Source: Candidatus Latescibacterota bacterium
Lineage (GTDB): Bacteria; Latescibacterota; UBA2968; UBA8231
Direction of reading: 5' to 3'
DNA: 64,000 nucleotides
Assembly: GCA_965208105.1 (NCBI GenBank)
Contig: OZ242318.1
Location: forward strand, 1,088,001 to 1,152,000
This document shows positions 28,703 through 39,148 of the stretch, in pieces (position 1 is the first letter of the stretch; each line of letters begins with the position of its first letter). The translations under genes were made by a program, and so were the position numbers. The notes under the pieces are model-generated. The model made no database searches. It was not told the DNA's origin and saw only the letters and a list, made by a program, of their open reading frames with translations.

Positions 28703-30007
28703 CTACTCTTCCATTTCAATGTGCGCTCCCAGGCCGATTAGGTCCTCGAAGAACGCCGGATAGGACTTGGCGACGTTTTCGGCGTCGAGCACGGTGAGGC
28801 CGCGGCGGCAGCGCAGCCCCACGATGGCCAGCATCTGGGCGACGCGGTGGTCGTGGTGCGACGCCACCTCCACCCCTCCCTCGTAGCCGGCGGGACGTCC
28901 GCGCACCAGGATCTCCGCCGGTCCCTCCGCGCAATCGACTCCTACCCTGCCGAGCTCGCGCACGGGAGCGGAGATGCGGTCGCACTCCTTGTGGCGCATA
29001 TTGCCGATGCCGTAGAACCGGCTCTCCCCCTCGGCCATACTCGCCACCGCCACCATGGCCAGCACCATGTCGGTGGCCACGTCGCCGTCGAACTCCACCC
29101 CCCTGAGCCCGCGGTGGCCTCCGAGCCGGACCTCGCCGCCGCCGTATCCCACCTCGACCCCCATTCGCCGCAAAAGCGGGACCACGGCGCGCTCTCCCTG
29201 GCTGTCCTCGAAGAGGCGGTCCACCGCGATGGCGCTGTTGGTGAGCGCACCCGCGGCCAGGACCGCCGCCGCCGATGGGTAGTCCCCGTTGACGGTGTAC
29301 TCCCGGGGCTGGTATTCCTGGCCCCCGGCAACGGCGAAGCGGAGGAGATCGTCCGCCGCCTCCACCTCGATCCCCGCCTGGCGCAGCACCTCCAGGGTGG
29401 TGCGCACCAGCGGCTTCGACACCAGCCCGTCCCTGACCTCGATCTCCACGTCGGCTCCCACCAGGGGCGCCAGAAACAGCAGTGAACTCAGGTACTGGGA
29501 GGTGGTTGCGCCGCTCACCACCACCCTGCCGCCGCGCAGCTTGCCGCCGCGCAGCACGATGGGCAGACGGCCGCCGTCGGACTCGCTCTCCACCCCCATC
29601 TGCTCCAGGGCCGCCAGCAGGTCTCCGTGGGGCCTGCGCCCCAGGGATTCCCGGTGGCGGGTGGTGAAGGTCACCCGGGGAAGCAGCGCCCCGACCCCCA
29701 TTAGCAGACGCGCCACCGTCCCGGCGTTTCCCGGATCCACCACACCCGGAGCTGAAGGAGCGCGGCCGAACCCGCGCACCCGCAGGCGGCGTCCGCCGCC
29801 TGCGCCGCGGCTCTCCTCGATCTCGGCGCCGAAGCGGCGCAGGCAGCGCACCATGGCCTCGGCGTCCTCGCTGCGGGCGGGATGATGCACCACGCTCTCC
29901 CCCTCAGACAGGGCAGCCGCCAGCAGGTAGCGGGTGGTGTAGTTCTTCGAGGAGGGTGGACTCAGCCGCCCCGCAAGGCGCTCCGAGTAATGTACTTTGG
30001 CCTTCAT
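28703..30007 (-). CDS. aroA: 3-phosphoshikimate 1-carboxyvinyltransferase
   Basis: PSSKNYTTR, GNAGTVAR, SQYLSSL, RHKECDRI, HDHR, VAKSYP. Confidence 0.95.
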   Translation of the reverse strand: MKAKVHYSERLAGRLSPPSSKNYTTRYLLAAALSEGESVVHHPARSEDAEAMVRCLRRFGAEIEESRGAGGGRRLRVRGFGRAPSAPGVVDPGNAGTVARLLMGVGALLPRVTFTTRHRESLGRRPHGDLLAALEQMGVESESDGGRLPIVLRGGKLRGGRVVVSGATTSQYLSSLLFLAPLVGADVEIEVRDGLVSKPLVRTTLEVLRQAGIEVEAADDLLRFAVAGGQEYQPREYTVNGDYPSAAAVLAAGALTNSAIAVDRLFEDSQGERAVVPLLRRMGVEVGYGGGEVRLGGHRGLRGVEFDGDVATDMVLAMVAVASMAEGESRFYGIGNMRHKECDRISAPVRELGRVGVDCAEGPAEILVRGRPAGYEGGVEVASHHDHRVAQMLAIVGLRCRRGLTVLDAENVAKSYPAFFEDLIGLGAHIEMEE

Positions 30008-30084
30008 TCAATCCGTGCTTTTTCTCTTGAAGATAACCAAAGGGATGGTCAGTCGCTACTTGCCCGCAAGGCCCCGATCCGCTC

Positions 30085-30112
30085 TTGACAGGTGGGGAAA
30101 CCTGCCTTTAAT
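30085..30112 (+). promoter_or_regulatory. Candidate sigma70 promoter of the sox/mgd-like cluster
   Basis: TTGACA-16 nt-TTTAAT, overlapping the palindrome CAGGT-N6-ACCTG. Confidence 0.4.
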
Positions 30113-30151
30113 CTATCCCACTGCAACGCAGCGAATCCCCCGCAAACACCT

Positions 30152-31390
30152 ATGCCCTTGAAGCTGATCCGCCAGGCCCTCACCCCCCGCCGTCAGCCGC
30201 CGCGCATGTGGCGCAAGCGCGAACTGGCCCCCAGCTACGACGTGGTCATCATCGGCGGCGGCGCCCACGGCCTCGCCTGCGCCTACTACCTGGCCGCCGA
30301 GCACGGCATCACCAGCGTCGCCGTCCTCGACAAAAGCTACATCGGCGCCGGGGGCAGCGGGCGCAACACCGCCATCATCCGCAGCAATTACCTGACTCCC
30401 GAGGGGGTGCTGTTCTACGACCGCAGCGTGCAGCTCTACGCCGAGATGGCGCGGCGGCTGGACTTCAACGTCATGTTCAGCCAGCGCGGCCACCTCACCC
30501 TCGCCCACAGCGACGGCGCGGTCAACACCATGCGCCGCCGCGCCGAGGTCAACCGGCTTCAGGGGGTCGATTCGCGCCTGATATGGCCCGACGAGATCGC
30601 CCGCCTCTGCCCCTGCCTGGACTTGAGCCAACGGCCGCGCTACCCCATCCTGGCGGCCCTCTACCACCCCCCCGGGGGCATCGTGCGCCACGACGCCGTG
30701 GTCTGGGGCTACGCCCGCGGCGCCGACGCCGGCGGCGTCCACATCCACCAGCACACCGAGGTGACGGGCATCGCGGTGGAGAGCGGCAAGGTGACCGGGG
30801 TGCACACCGACCGGGGCCACATCCGCACCGGCACCGTGCTCAACGCCACCGCCGGATGGGGCTCGACCATCGCCGCCATGGCCGGGGTCGACCTTCCCCT
30901 CACCACCTCGCCGCTGCAGGCCTGCGTGAGCGAGCCGCTCAAGCCCTTTCTCGACGTGGTCATCGTCTCCGGCAGCCTGCACGTCTACGTCAGCCAGTCG
31001 GACCGCGGCGAGCTGGTGATGGGGGCCAGCGTCGACCCCTTCACCTCCTACTCCATGGATTCCTCCCTCGACTTCCTCGAAGGCCTGGCGGCGCACATGC
31101 TCGAGCTCTTTCCCTCCCTGAGCCAGGTCCGCGTCCTGCGCCAGTGGGCGGGGCTCTGCGACATGACTCCCGACTTCAGTCCCATCATGGGGCTCACCCC
31201 GGTGGAGGGCTTCCTGGTCGACGTGGGATGGGGCACCTACGGATTCAAGGCGTCGCCCATCTGCGGCAAGATGTCGGCCCAACTGATCGCCAGCGGCCGC
31301 ACCCCCGAACTGATCGCTCCCTTCCGCCTGTCGCGCTTCGTCGAGCACGACCTGGTGGGCGAGAAGGGCGCCGCCTCGGTGGGGCACTAG
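30152..31390 (+). CDS. soxB: Sarcosine oxidase beta / N-methylglutamate dehydrogenase subunit A
   Basis: IIGGGAHG, GRNTAIIRSNY, RHDAVVWGY, GWGTYGFK. Confidence 0.88.
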   Translation: MPLKLIRQALTPRRQPPRMWRKRELAPSYDVVIIGGGAHGLACAYYLAAEHGITSVAVLDKSYIGAGGSGRNTAIIRSNYLTPEGVLFYDRSVQLYAEMARRLDFNVMFSQRGHLTLAHSDGAVNTMRRRAEVNRLQGVDSRLIWPDEIARLCPCLDLSQRPRYPILAALYHPPGGIVRHDAVVWGYARGADAGGVHIHQHTEVTGIAVESGKVTGVHTDRGHIRTGTVLNATAGWGSTIAAMAGVDLPLTTSPLQACVSEPLKPFLDVVIVSGSLHVYVSQSDRGELVMGASVDPFTSYSMDSSLDFLEGLAAHMLELFPSLSQVRVLRQWAGLCDMTPDFSPIMGLTPVEGFLVDVGWGTYGFKASPICGKMSAQLIASGRTPELIAPFRLSRFVEHDLVGEKGAASVGH

Positions 31391-31398
31391 GAGGGCCC

Positions 31399-31671
31399 AT
31401 GCTGGTTCTGACCTGCCCCCACTGCGGCCGCCGCAACGTCAGTGAATTCCGCTACGGCGGAGAGTACCGGCCGCGCCCCGGCGATCCCCTCGCTCCGGAA
31501 GAAGAGGATTGGGCCCGGTACCTCTACATGCGCGCCAACGTCTGGGGGGTGCAGAAGGAGTGGTGGTTCCACAACGCCGGCTGCGGCTCCTGGTTCGTGG
31601 CCGAGCGCCACACCCGCAGCAACGAGGTGATGAAGACCTACCTGCGGCCGGCGCCGGGCGGAGACTCCTGA
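31399..31671 (+). CDS. soxD: Sarcosine oxidase delta-like subunit
   Basis: CPHCG.R..SEF.YGG, EWWFH..GC..WF...R; GGAGG RBS. Confidence 0.88.
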   Translation: MLVLTCPHCGRRNVSEFRYGGEYRPRPGDPLAPEEEDWARYLYMRANVWGVQKEWWFHNAGCGSWFVAERHTRSNEVMKTYLRPAPGGDS

Positions 31672-34575
31672 ATGCCTGCTCCCCCATCCGGCTCTGCCGC
31701 CTCCGGACCCCGGCGCCTGCCCGCGCAGGGCGGCGAAATCATCGACCGCAGCCGCAGCTTCCAGTTCAGCTTCGAGGGCAGGAGCTATCCCGCCCATCCG
31801 GGCGACACCATCGCCTCCGCCCTGGCAGCCTCCGGGGTCCGTACCTTCAGCCGCTCCTTCAAGTACCACCGCCGCCGCGGCCTGCTGTGCTGCTCCGGCC
31901 ACTGCCCCAACTGCCTGGTGCAGGTGGGGGACGAGCCCAACGTGCGCGCCTGCCAGCGCCCGGTGCGGGAAGGACTGGCGGTCTGCGCCCAGAACGCCTG
32001 GCCGAGCCTGGACCGGGACCTGATGGCTCTCAGCCAGCGGGGGTCGCGCCTGATGCCGGTGGGCTTCTACTACAAGACTTTCATGCGGCCCCGGGCCCTG
32101 TGGCCCCTCTACGAGCGCATCCTGCGCCGCGCCGCCGGGCTGGGAAGCATCGATCCCCTGTCCGCTCCGGGTTCCTTCGACAAGCAGTACCTGCACGCCG
32201 ACGTGGCCGTTGTCGGCGGCGGCCCGGCCGGAATCAGCGCCGCCATTGGCGCCGCCCGGCGCGGAGCCAGGGTCCTCCTCTTCGACGACCAGCCGGCATT
32301 GGGCGGCCACCTGCGATACAGCCCCGCGGCTTCGTCCAGCCTCGGCGAGCTTCTCGGGGAGCTGGCGCGGCAGCCCGGCATCGAGGTCTTCGCCGACACC
32401 GCGGTCTTCGGCTGCTACCAGGACCTCTGGCTGGGAGCGGTCAGGGGGCCGCGGCTGTTCAAGCTGCGGGCCCGCGCCCTGGTAGTGGCCGGCGGCGCCG
32501 GTGAGATCCCGCTGCTCTTCGACGACAACGACCTTCCGGGGGTCATGCTGGGCAGCGCGGTGCAGCGCCTCCTCCACCTATACGCAGTGGCGCCCGGGCG
32601 CAGAGCGGTGGTGGTCACCGCCAACGACGACGGCTGGGAGGTGGCCGCCGACCTCCACCGCGCCGGGGTCGAGGTCGCCGCCGTCGCCGACGAACGCGGC
32701 CCCGGGGACAACCCCCGCGCCGGCGAACTGGAGGCCGCCGGCATCGAGATCTGCTACCGGCACACCATTGCCGCCGCCCGCGGAGGGACGGCGGTGGAGG
32801 GGGCGGTGGTCGCCGCCCTGGGCCCCGACGGCCAACCGCGGAAGGGCACCGAGCGCAGCTTCGACTGCGACCTGGTCAGCCTGAGCGTGGGCTGGGCACC
32901 GGCCCCGGACCTGGCCTACATGGCGGGCGCCCGGGCGGGCTACGACGAGGAGTGCGCCGCCATCCTTCCCTCCGGGCTGCCGCCCGGACTCTTCGTGGCC
33001 GGCAGGGCCAACGGCACCCGGGACCTGGAGGACCAGCGCGCCGAAGGCCTCTTCGCCGGGGCCAGCGCCGCGGCGGGGCTCGGGCTGGGTCCCGCCCCCG
33101 ATCCCGCCGCCGGCCTCGAGGGCGCCCCGAAGCTGGAAACCTCGACCAGGGTGCTGGTGCCCGGCAGGAGCAAGCGCTTCCTCTGCTTCTGCGAGGACGT
33201 CACCGACGAGGACGTGCACACCGCCGTCGCCGAGGGCTACGACAGCATCGAACTGCTCAAACGCTACAGCACCATCTCCATGGGGCCGTGCCAGGGCAGG
33301 ATGTGCGGGCTCAACAGCGTCCATCTCTGCGCCCGCGCCAACCGCCGCAGCGTGCAGGCCACCGGCAAGACCACCTCGCGGCCTCCCGTCGCCCCGGTGA
33401 CTCTCGGGGCCCTGGCCGGACAGCGCATGGAGCCGGTGCAGCTCACCCCCCTGCACCAGTGGCACATGGAGCGCGGGGCGCGCACCATGAGGGCGGGCCT
33501 CTGGCTGCGCCCCGAGCACTACGGCGACCCCGCCGCCGAGGTCGAGGCGGTGCGCCGGCGGGTCGGGCTCATCGACGTGAGCACCCTGGGAAAGCTGCAG
33601 CTCACCGGTCCCGGCGCTCCCGGCCTGCTGGAGCGCATCTACGCCAACCAGTGGCGCCGCCTGCAGGTGGGCAGGGTGCGCTACGGGGTCATGTGCAACG
33701 ACGAAGGGGTGGTCATGGACGACGGGGTCTGCGCCCGCACCGGGGAGCGGGAGTGGTACCTGAGCACCACCTCCTCCGGCGCCGGAGCCGTCTTCGAGTG
33801 GATGCAGTGGTGGATGCAGTCCGGCTGGGGAGAGGGGGTCCACCTGACCGATCTCACCGATACCTTCGCGGCCTTCAACCTGGCCGGGCCCCTGGCCCGG
33901 GCAACCCTGGAGAAGCTCACCCGGCGCAACCTGGCCAACGCCGCCTTCCCCTACATGCGGGTGCGCCGCGCCCGGGTCGCGGGAGTGCTCTGCCGCCTGC
34001 TGCGCATCGGCTTCACCGGAGAGCTCTCCTACGAGATTCACTGCCCTGCCGCCTATGGGCTCCACGTGTGGGAGGCCCTGATGGAGGCCGGCGCCGAGTT
34101 CGGCATCCTCCCCTTCGGGGTCGAAGCCCAGCGCGTCCTGCGCCTGGAGAAGGGCCACATCATCGTGGGCCAGGACACCGACGCCCTCACCGACCCCTTC
34201 GCCGCCAACATGGAGTGGGCGGTGAAGCTGGACAAGAAGGACTTTCTGGGTAAGCGCAGCCTGCTGCGGATCTCCAGGAGCGGCCCCAAACAGTCGCTGG
34301 TGGGCTTCAAGACCGAGCGCCCGGGCTTCGTTCCCGACGAGGGGCTGCAGGTGGTGGAGCCCAGGTCCGGGGGCCGCCCGCAGATCGTGGGCTGGATCAC
34401 CTCGTGCCGGTTAAGCCCCACCTTGCAGGAGACCATCGGGCTGTGCTGGCTGCCCGCGGCACTCGCCGCCCGCAACGGCGCTTCCTTCTCCATCTACGCC
34501 GGCGGCAGGCTCGAGGGCGCCCGGGTCTTCCACGGATCATTCTACGATCTCGAGGGAGAAAGGCTGCGGATGTGA
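31672..34575 (+). CDS. soxA: Sarcosine oxidase alpha-like subunit
   Basis: GDTIASAL, RSFKYHR, VGGGPAG, CEDVT..KRYST..MGPCQG, DVSTLGK, GcvT-like C-terminus. Confidence 0.9.
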   Translation: MPAPPSGSAASGPRRLPAQGGEIIDRSRSFQFSFEGRSYPAHPGDTIASALAASGVRTFSRSFKYHRRRGLLCCSGHCPNCLVQVGDEPNVRACQRPVREGLAVCAQNAWPSLDRDLMALSQRGSRLMPVGFYYKTFMRPRALWPLYERILRRAAGLGSIDPLSAPGSFDKQYLHADVAVVGGGPAGISAAIGAARRGARVLLFDDQPALGGHLRYSPAASSSLGELLGELARQPGIEVFADTAVFGCYQDLWLGAVRGPRLFKLRARALVVAGGAGEIPLLFDDNDLPGVMLGSAVQRLLHLYAVAPGRRAVVVTANDDGWEVAADLHRAGVEVAAVADERGPGDNPRAGELEAAGIEICYRHTIAAARGGTAVEGAVVAALGPDGQPRKGTERSFDCDLVSLSVGWAPAPDLAYMAGARAGYDEECAAILPSGLPPGLFVAGRANGTRDLEDQRAEGLFAGASAAAGLGLGPAPDPAAGLEGAPKLETSTRVLVPGRSKRFLCFCEDVTDEDVHTAVAEGYDSIELLKRYSTISMGPCQGRMCGLNSVHLCARANRRSVQATGKTTSRPPVAPVTLGALAGQRMEPVQLTPLHQWHMERGARTMRAGLWLRPEHYGDPAAEVEAVRRRVGLIDVSTLGKLQLTGPGAPGLLERIYANQWRRLQVGRVRYGVMCNDEGVVMDDGVCARTGEREWYLSTTSSGAGAVFEWMQWWMQSGWGEGVHLTDLTDTFAAFNLAGPLARATLEKLTRRNLANAAFPYMRVRRARVAGVLCRLLRIGFTGELSYEIHCPAAYGLHVWEALMEAGAEFGILPFGVEAQRVLRLEKGHIIVGQDTDALTDPFAANMEWAVKLDKKDFLGKRSLLRISRSGPKQSLVGFKTERPGFVPDEGLQVVEPRSGGRPQIVGWITSCRLSPTLQETIGLCWLPAALAARNGASFSIYAGGRLEGARVFHGSFYDLEGERLRM

Positions 34576-35276
34576 GCACGGTTGCCGCGCCCACCAGGCT
34601 GACCCCCATCTACGCCATCGCCCGCGGCCTCGAGGCGGAGTTCGTCGAGCACCACGGCTGGCGCGTCGCCGCGGTCTATTCCACGATGGAGGCGGAGCTG
34701 GCGCAGGCGCGGAGCGCGGTGGCGCTGGCGGACGAAACCCCGAGGGGCAAGATCCGGATCGAAGGAGACGGGGCCGAGGCGGTGCTGGAAGCCGCCTTCG
34801 CTCCGGGGGCCCTGGAGGTGGGAGCCGGAGCGGCCGTTGACTACGGGCACCTCTACCGCCTGCGCCCCGACCTCTTCTACCTCAGCACCGGTCCCGGCGT
34901 CGAGGAGGCGGCCCGGGAGGAGGCGGCCGCGGCGGCGGAATCGGCGGGCCTCCTGGTCAGCGCCACCGACATAACCCACGGCTGCGCCGAAATCCGGGTG
35001 GTGGGCCCGTCCAGCCCCGGGCTGATGAGCAAGGTGTGCGGCCTCGACTTCGACCAGGCGGCATTTCCGAACGGCGGCGCGCGGCAGTCCAGCGTGGCCA
35101 GAACCGCCCAGACCATCATCCGCCGCGACATCGGCTCCCTGCCGGCCTACTCCCTGGTGGGAGCGCGCTCGCTGGGCGCCTACCTCTGGACCACCCTGGC
35201 CGAGGCGGGCGGCGAGTGGGGGCTGGCGCCCCTGGGGCGGAATGCCCTGGAGGCACTGAAGAAGGCAGGAGGCTGA
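34572..35276 (+). CDS. soxG: Sarcosine oxidase gamma-like subunit
   Basis: GTGA overlap with soxA; SKVCGLD, ARSLGAYLW motifs. Confidence 0.8.
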   Translation: MSTVAAPTRLTPIYAIARGLEAEFVEHHGWRVAAVYSTMEAELAQARSAVALADETPRGKIRIEGDGAEAVLEAAFAPGALEVGAGAAVDYGHLYRLRPDLFYLSTGPGVEEAAREEAAAAAESAGLLVSATDITHGCAEIRVVGPSSPGLMSKVCGLDFDQAAFPNGGARQSSVARTAQTIIRRDIGSLPAYSLVGARSLGAYLWTTLAEAGGEWGLAPLGRNALEALKKAGG

Positions 35277-35353
35277 AGAACAGGGCGCCCGCCCGGGGCG
35301 CATGATCCGAGTGCAGCGTTGACCACAACCCCAACATCTCGAGGAGACCTCTC

Positions 35354-36688
35354 ATGACACTGGACCAGGTCAAGAAACTGATCAAAGACCAAAAGCTGGA
35401 ATTCTTCCTGTGCTCCTTCGTGGAGATGGGCGGCTTGCCCAAGGCCAAGCTGGTGCCCGCCACCCACGTGGAGGACATGGCCGCCGAGGGGGCCGGCTTC
35501 GCCGGCTTCGCCGCCGGCGAAATGAACCAGGGGCCCCACGACCCGGAGATGGCCAACATCCCGGACTTCGGCTCTCTCACCGTGGTGCCATGGCGCCCCA
35601 ACATGGCCTGGGTAGCGGGCAACATCACCGTTGAGGACGAGCCCTACCCCTACTGCCCCCGCACCATTCTGCAGCGCCAGTTGGACCGGGCCGCGGAGAA
35701 GGGCTTCACCTTCCACGTGGGCGTCGAGGCCGAGTTCATGCTCCTGCGCCGGGGCGAGGACGGAAGCTGCGCGCCCTACGATCCGCTGGACGTGCTCGAC
35801 AAGCCGTGCTACGACCTGGTCACCCTGCACCGCAATCTCGACATGATGACCACCCTCATCGGCTACATGCAGGACCTGGGCTGGGGGCCCTACGCCAACG
35901 ACCACGAAGACGCCAACTGCCAGTTCGAGATCAACTGGGAGTACTCCGACGCCCTGGCCACCGCCGACCGCTACACCTTCTTCCGCTGGATGGTCAAGAC
36001 CGTGGCGGAGGACCATGGTCTGCTGGCCACCTTCATGCCCAAACCCATTCCCCATCTGACCGGCTGCGGCGCCCACTTCCACATGAGCCTGTGGGACGAG
36101 AAGAAGGAGCACAACTTCTTCCTCGACGAGGAGGACGAAAACGGCCTGTCGCAGCAGGCCTACTGGTTCATGGGCGGCATCCTCCGGCACGCCCAGGCGC
36201 TGGCCGCCGTCAACACCCCAATCGTCAACAGCTACAAGCGCCTGACCCGCGGCGCCCCGCGCTCGGGTGCCTCGTGGGCGCCGGTCTACATCACCTACGG
36301 CGGCTCCAACCGCACCCAGATGGTGCGCATCCCGGCTCCGGGACGCATCGAGAACCGCGCCATCGACGGGGCGGTCAACCCCTACCTGGCCTCTGCCGCC
36401 ATACTCGGCGCCGGCCTCGACGGCATCGAGAACAAGATCGACCCGGGGACGCGCAACACCGACAATCTCTACGAGGTGGAGGAAGACGAGCTGCGCCGGC
36501 GCGGAATCGGTTTCCTGCCCGACACCCTCAAGGAGGCCGCCGACCACCTGGCCGCCGACGATGTGGTCCGCGAGGCCCTGGGGACCGAGTACGCCGACTA
36601 CTACGTGGAGGTCAAGCACGCCGAGTGGCGCGAGTACCACCAGAGCGTGGCCCAGTGGGAGCTGGACCGCTACCTGCCGGTCTACTGA
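35354..36688 (+). CDS. glnT: Type III glutamine synthetase / probable gamma-glutamylmethylamide synthetase
   Basis: KAKLVP, GAGFAGFA, DHEDANCQFE, FMPKP, SGASWAP, NRTQMVR. Confidence 0.85.
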   Translation: MTLDQVKKLIKDQKLEFFLCSFVEMGGLPKAKLVPATHVEDMAAEGAGFAGFAAGEMNQGPHDPEMANIPDFGSLTVVPWRPNMAWVAGNITVEDEPYPYCPRTILQRQLDRAAEKGFTFHVGVEAEFMLLRRGEDGSCAPYDPLDVLDKPCYDLVTLHRNLDMMTTLIGYMQDLGWGPYANDHEDANCQFEINWEYSDALATADRYTFFRWMVKTVAEDHGLLATFMPKPIPHLTGCGAHFHMSLWDEKKEHNFFLDEEDENGLSQQAYWFMGGILRHAQALAAVNTPIVNSYKRLTRGAPRSGASWAPVYITYGGSNRTQMVRIPAPGRIENRAIDGAVNPYLASAAILGAGLDGIENKIDPGTRNTDNLYEVEEDELRRRGIGFLPDTLKEAADHLAADDVVREALGTEYADYYVEVKHAEWREYHQSVAQWELDRYLPVY

Positions 36689-36706
36689 TCCGGCGCGGGA
36701 GTAGCG

Positions 36707-37732
36707 CTAGAAGCGGCCCTGGCGCGACTCGTAGCCGGTGGGCTTGCCCAGACTCCTGCCCCCGGCGCGCACCCAGCGGGCCATCCAGCGGATAATGCGC
36801 CGCGGGGAAACCGCGGGAGGGCCGAGGCGCGCGACCAGGTCGGAGGCGTCACCCAGCAGCGCGCTCTCCTCCTCGGCCCCGGCGAAGAGCGGTTCCACTC
36901 CCAGCTCCCGGCCCAGGTCCAGGGCGATGCGGCGCACCGTGAGCACCTGGGGACCGGTGATGTTGATGACGGCGGGCGGACTGCCGCACAGGGGGAAGAG
37001 GCGGGCAAGGTAGGCGTTGGCGTCCCCCTGCCAGATCTGGTTGACGTGGCCCGTGCGCAAGTCGATGGGCTCCCGGCGCCACACCTTCCAGGCGATGTCG
37101 TGGATGATGCCGTAGCGCAGCTCGGTGGCGTAGAACAGACGCGCGATCGCCAACGGCGTCCCCAGCCTTGCGGACCAGAAGGCGGCCACGCGCTCGCCGC
37201 CCAGACGCGACCAGGCGTACTCGCCCACGGGACCCGGTTCCCCCTCCTCACCGGAACCCTTCCCCGACGCCGGAGCGAAGGCATAGACGTTGCCCGAGCT
37301 CAGGTAGACGATCCTGGACCGACTGTAGCGCCGCACCACCTGCCCCGGCAGCCAGGCATTGGTGGCCCATGTCGCCCCCTCGTTGCCCGTGGCGCCGAAC
37401 TTGTAGCCCACCAGCAGGAAGACAGAGGGCGCATCGGGCAGCGCCGCCAGCGCGTCCTCATCGAGCAAATCGGCGCTGATCGTCTCCACCCCGATCCCCT
37501 CCAGGTAGCGCCGCTCCCCAAGCCGTGAAAACCGGGAAACGGCAACGACCCTGGGAGCCCCACCGCGCACCAGCAACTCCGCCAGCGAAGGCCCCATCTT
37601 GCCCCCGGCGCCGAGAATGAGGACGGGGCCGTTTAGCTGCCGCAGCGCCTCCCTGACCGCCTCCGATGGCCTGGTCATGCGCTCCACCAGCGCCTCTTCT
37701 GTCTCGATGGGGTCAAGGCTGTCCTGGTTCAT
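36707..37732 (-). CDS. NAD-dependent epimerase/dehydratase
   Basis: ILGAGGKMG, SSGNVY, GEYAWS, RLFYA. Confidence 0.88.
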   Translation of the reverse strand: MNQDSLDPIETEEALVERMTRPSEAVREALRQLNGPVLILGAGGKMGPSLAELLVRGGAPRVVAVSRFSRLGERRYLEGIGVETISADLLDEDALAALPDAPSVFLLVGYKFGATGNEGATWATNAWLPGQVVRRYSRSRIVYLSSGNVYAFAPASGKGSGEEGEPGPVGEYAWSRLGGERVAAFWSARLGTPLAIARLFYATELRYGIIHDIAWKVWRREPIDLRTGHVNQIWQGDANAYLARLFPLCGSPPAVINITGPQVLTVRRIALDLGRELGVEPLFAGAEEESALLGDASDLVARLGPPAVSPRRIIRWMARWVRAGGRSLGKPTGYESRQGRF

Positions 37733-37872
37733 CTGGCTATTTCGGGAGAGGGCTCCCGCTCCGGGAATGGCTTGTGCGGCTGAACATAACGGGGCTTTAA
37801 TTTCTATCTGTTTGCCAGAGGGAGGCAAAGGAATGCCTAAGGCGTCCTAGCGGGTAGGCTAGGTCGGACAGG

Positions 37873-37901
37873 TTGACATGCCACCCAAGGAATGGTATCA
37901 C
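37873..37901 (+). promoter_or_regulatory. Candidate sigma70 promoter upstream of the HNH gene
   Basis: TTGACA-17 nt-TATCAC with an extended -10 TG. Confidence 0.55.
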
Positions 37902-38039
37902 TAGCGGCGTAGATTAAAAATGGATAAATTAACCTGAAGCGATATTGACAAATTAACTTGGCCAGCTCCAGATATTGTGTATCGAGTACTACCCCTATCG
38001 CGATTATTCATTGATAGGAAGAATTGTTGAGTCAATGCC

Positions 38040-39148
38040 ATGAAGTATTTACCCGAGTCAGATCGACTTGATATCGCATCTCTGAGCGGGTTGTTCAGGA
38101 ATACAACCAACTCGTATAAATTTCTCTTCTTTCTCTCTATCCTGAATATACTCAAGGAAAAGCATTTCGCTGATGATAAAGGCATACTTTTGCGAGAACT
38201 ACAGAGTGAGATGCTGGTTATAGCTTGGTATCCAAATATTTTTTTCAAGTTGTCCTTTGGTTCTCAGGACATGATTTCTTCCGCATTGAAAAAGATACCG
38301 GATGCTGGCAACGAAAAAAATTTTCTGTCCAGAAATGGTCTAAAAACCTTGCGGAGCTGTATTGAAAAGACATATGACCAAAACCAGATTCATAATTTGA
38401 TTCGCTTTGTACCCACCCGAATTTTGCGGCCTTTTTTTCCGATGAAACCAGAGGTATGAAGGATTATTTGATAGAACAAGAAATACCAGAGCTTGCTGAA
38501 AAACATTTCCTGGAACGACGCCCGCTGTTTCGTTTCGACGATGTGCGGGAACGAATCATTCTGCATCGGGATTGGATAGAGTATCTGGATCGACACCATG
38601 CAATTGTTGAGGGTTGGGCAAGGTGGCACTGGGCGGATTATATGCAGCGACGGAATCCGAATATCCCTGCTGTGACGCGAAAACTGTTTCCTCCCGATCG
38701 GAGAGAATCCCTTGAAAAACAGCGGAAATTCTGGAACTCTGTAGTTGATCATGGGGAGATCCGCTGCATATACTCAGGTAGAAAGATCCATGATGATTAT
38801 GAATTGGATCACTTCTTACCTTGGCGTTTCGTCGCTCATAATCAGTTGTGGAACCTAATTCCTGTCGATCCAGCAGCAAACAGTGCCAAGAGTGATCATC
38901 TACCCGCTGTGAAATACATCGACCTCTTAGCTGAATCTCAGCGTAATGCTCTGTCTATTGCCCGGGATATATCTAGCAATGACAAGTGGAAAAAAGAAGT
39001 AGAGCCTTACATTACGGATCTTTACATTGATCAACCTGAAGATACCCTCGATCGGGATAAATTAAAGGATGCCTATCGCAGAACCTTGAAACCCTTGATG
39101 TCGATTGCAAAACAGCAGGGTTTTCAATCTGAGTGGAGATATTCTTGA
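38040..39148 (+). pseudogene. HNH endonuclease split by a frameshift in a T7 run (ORFs 38040-38459 and 38456-39148)
   Basis: N-terminal NSYKFLFFLSIL; C-terminal CIYSG..LDHFLPW..LWNLIP..NSAKSD; adding one T at 38432-38438 fuses the frames (RPFFSDETRGMKD). Confidence 0.75.

Noticed and set aside
1471-37563. Long antisense or alternative-frame ORFs (e.g. 2989-4752, 5771-7675, 9928-12147, 32578-34158)
   Set aside because: Shadow ORFs of high-GC genes; Arg/Pro/Gly-rich or antisense to clearly identifiable proteins
37923-37977. Imperfect direct repeat AAATTAAC(C/T)TG...GATATTG upstream of the HNH gene
   Set aside because: Could be an operator, but it is short, AT-rich and has no cognate regulator nearby
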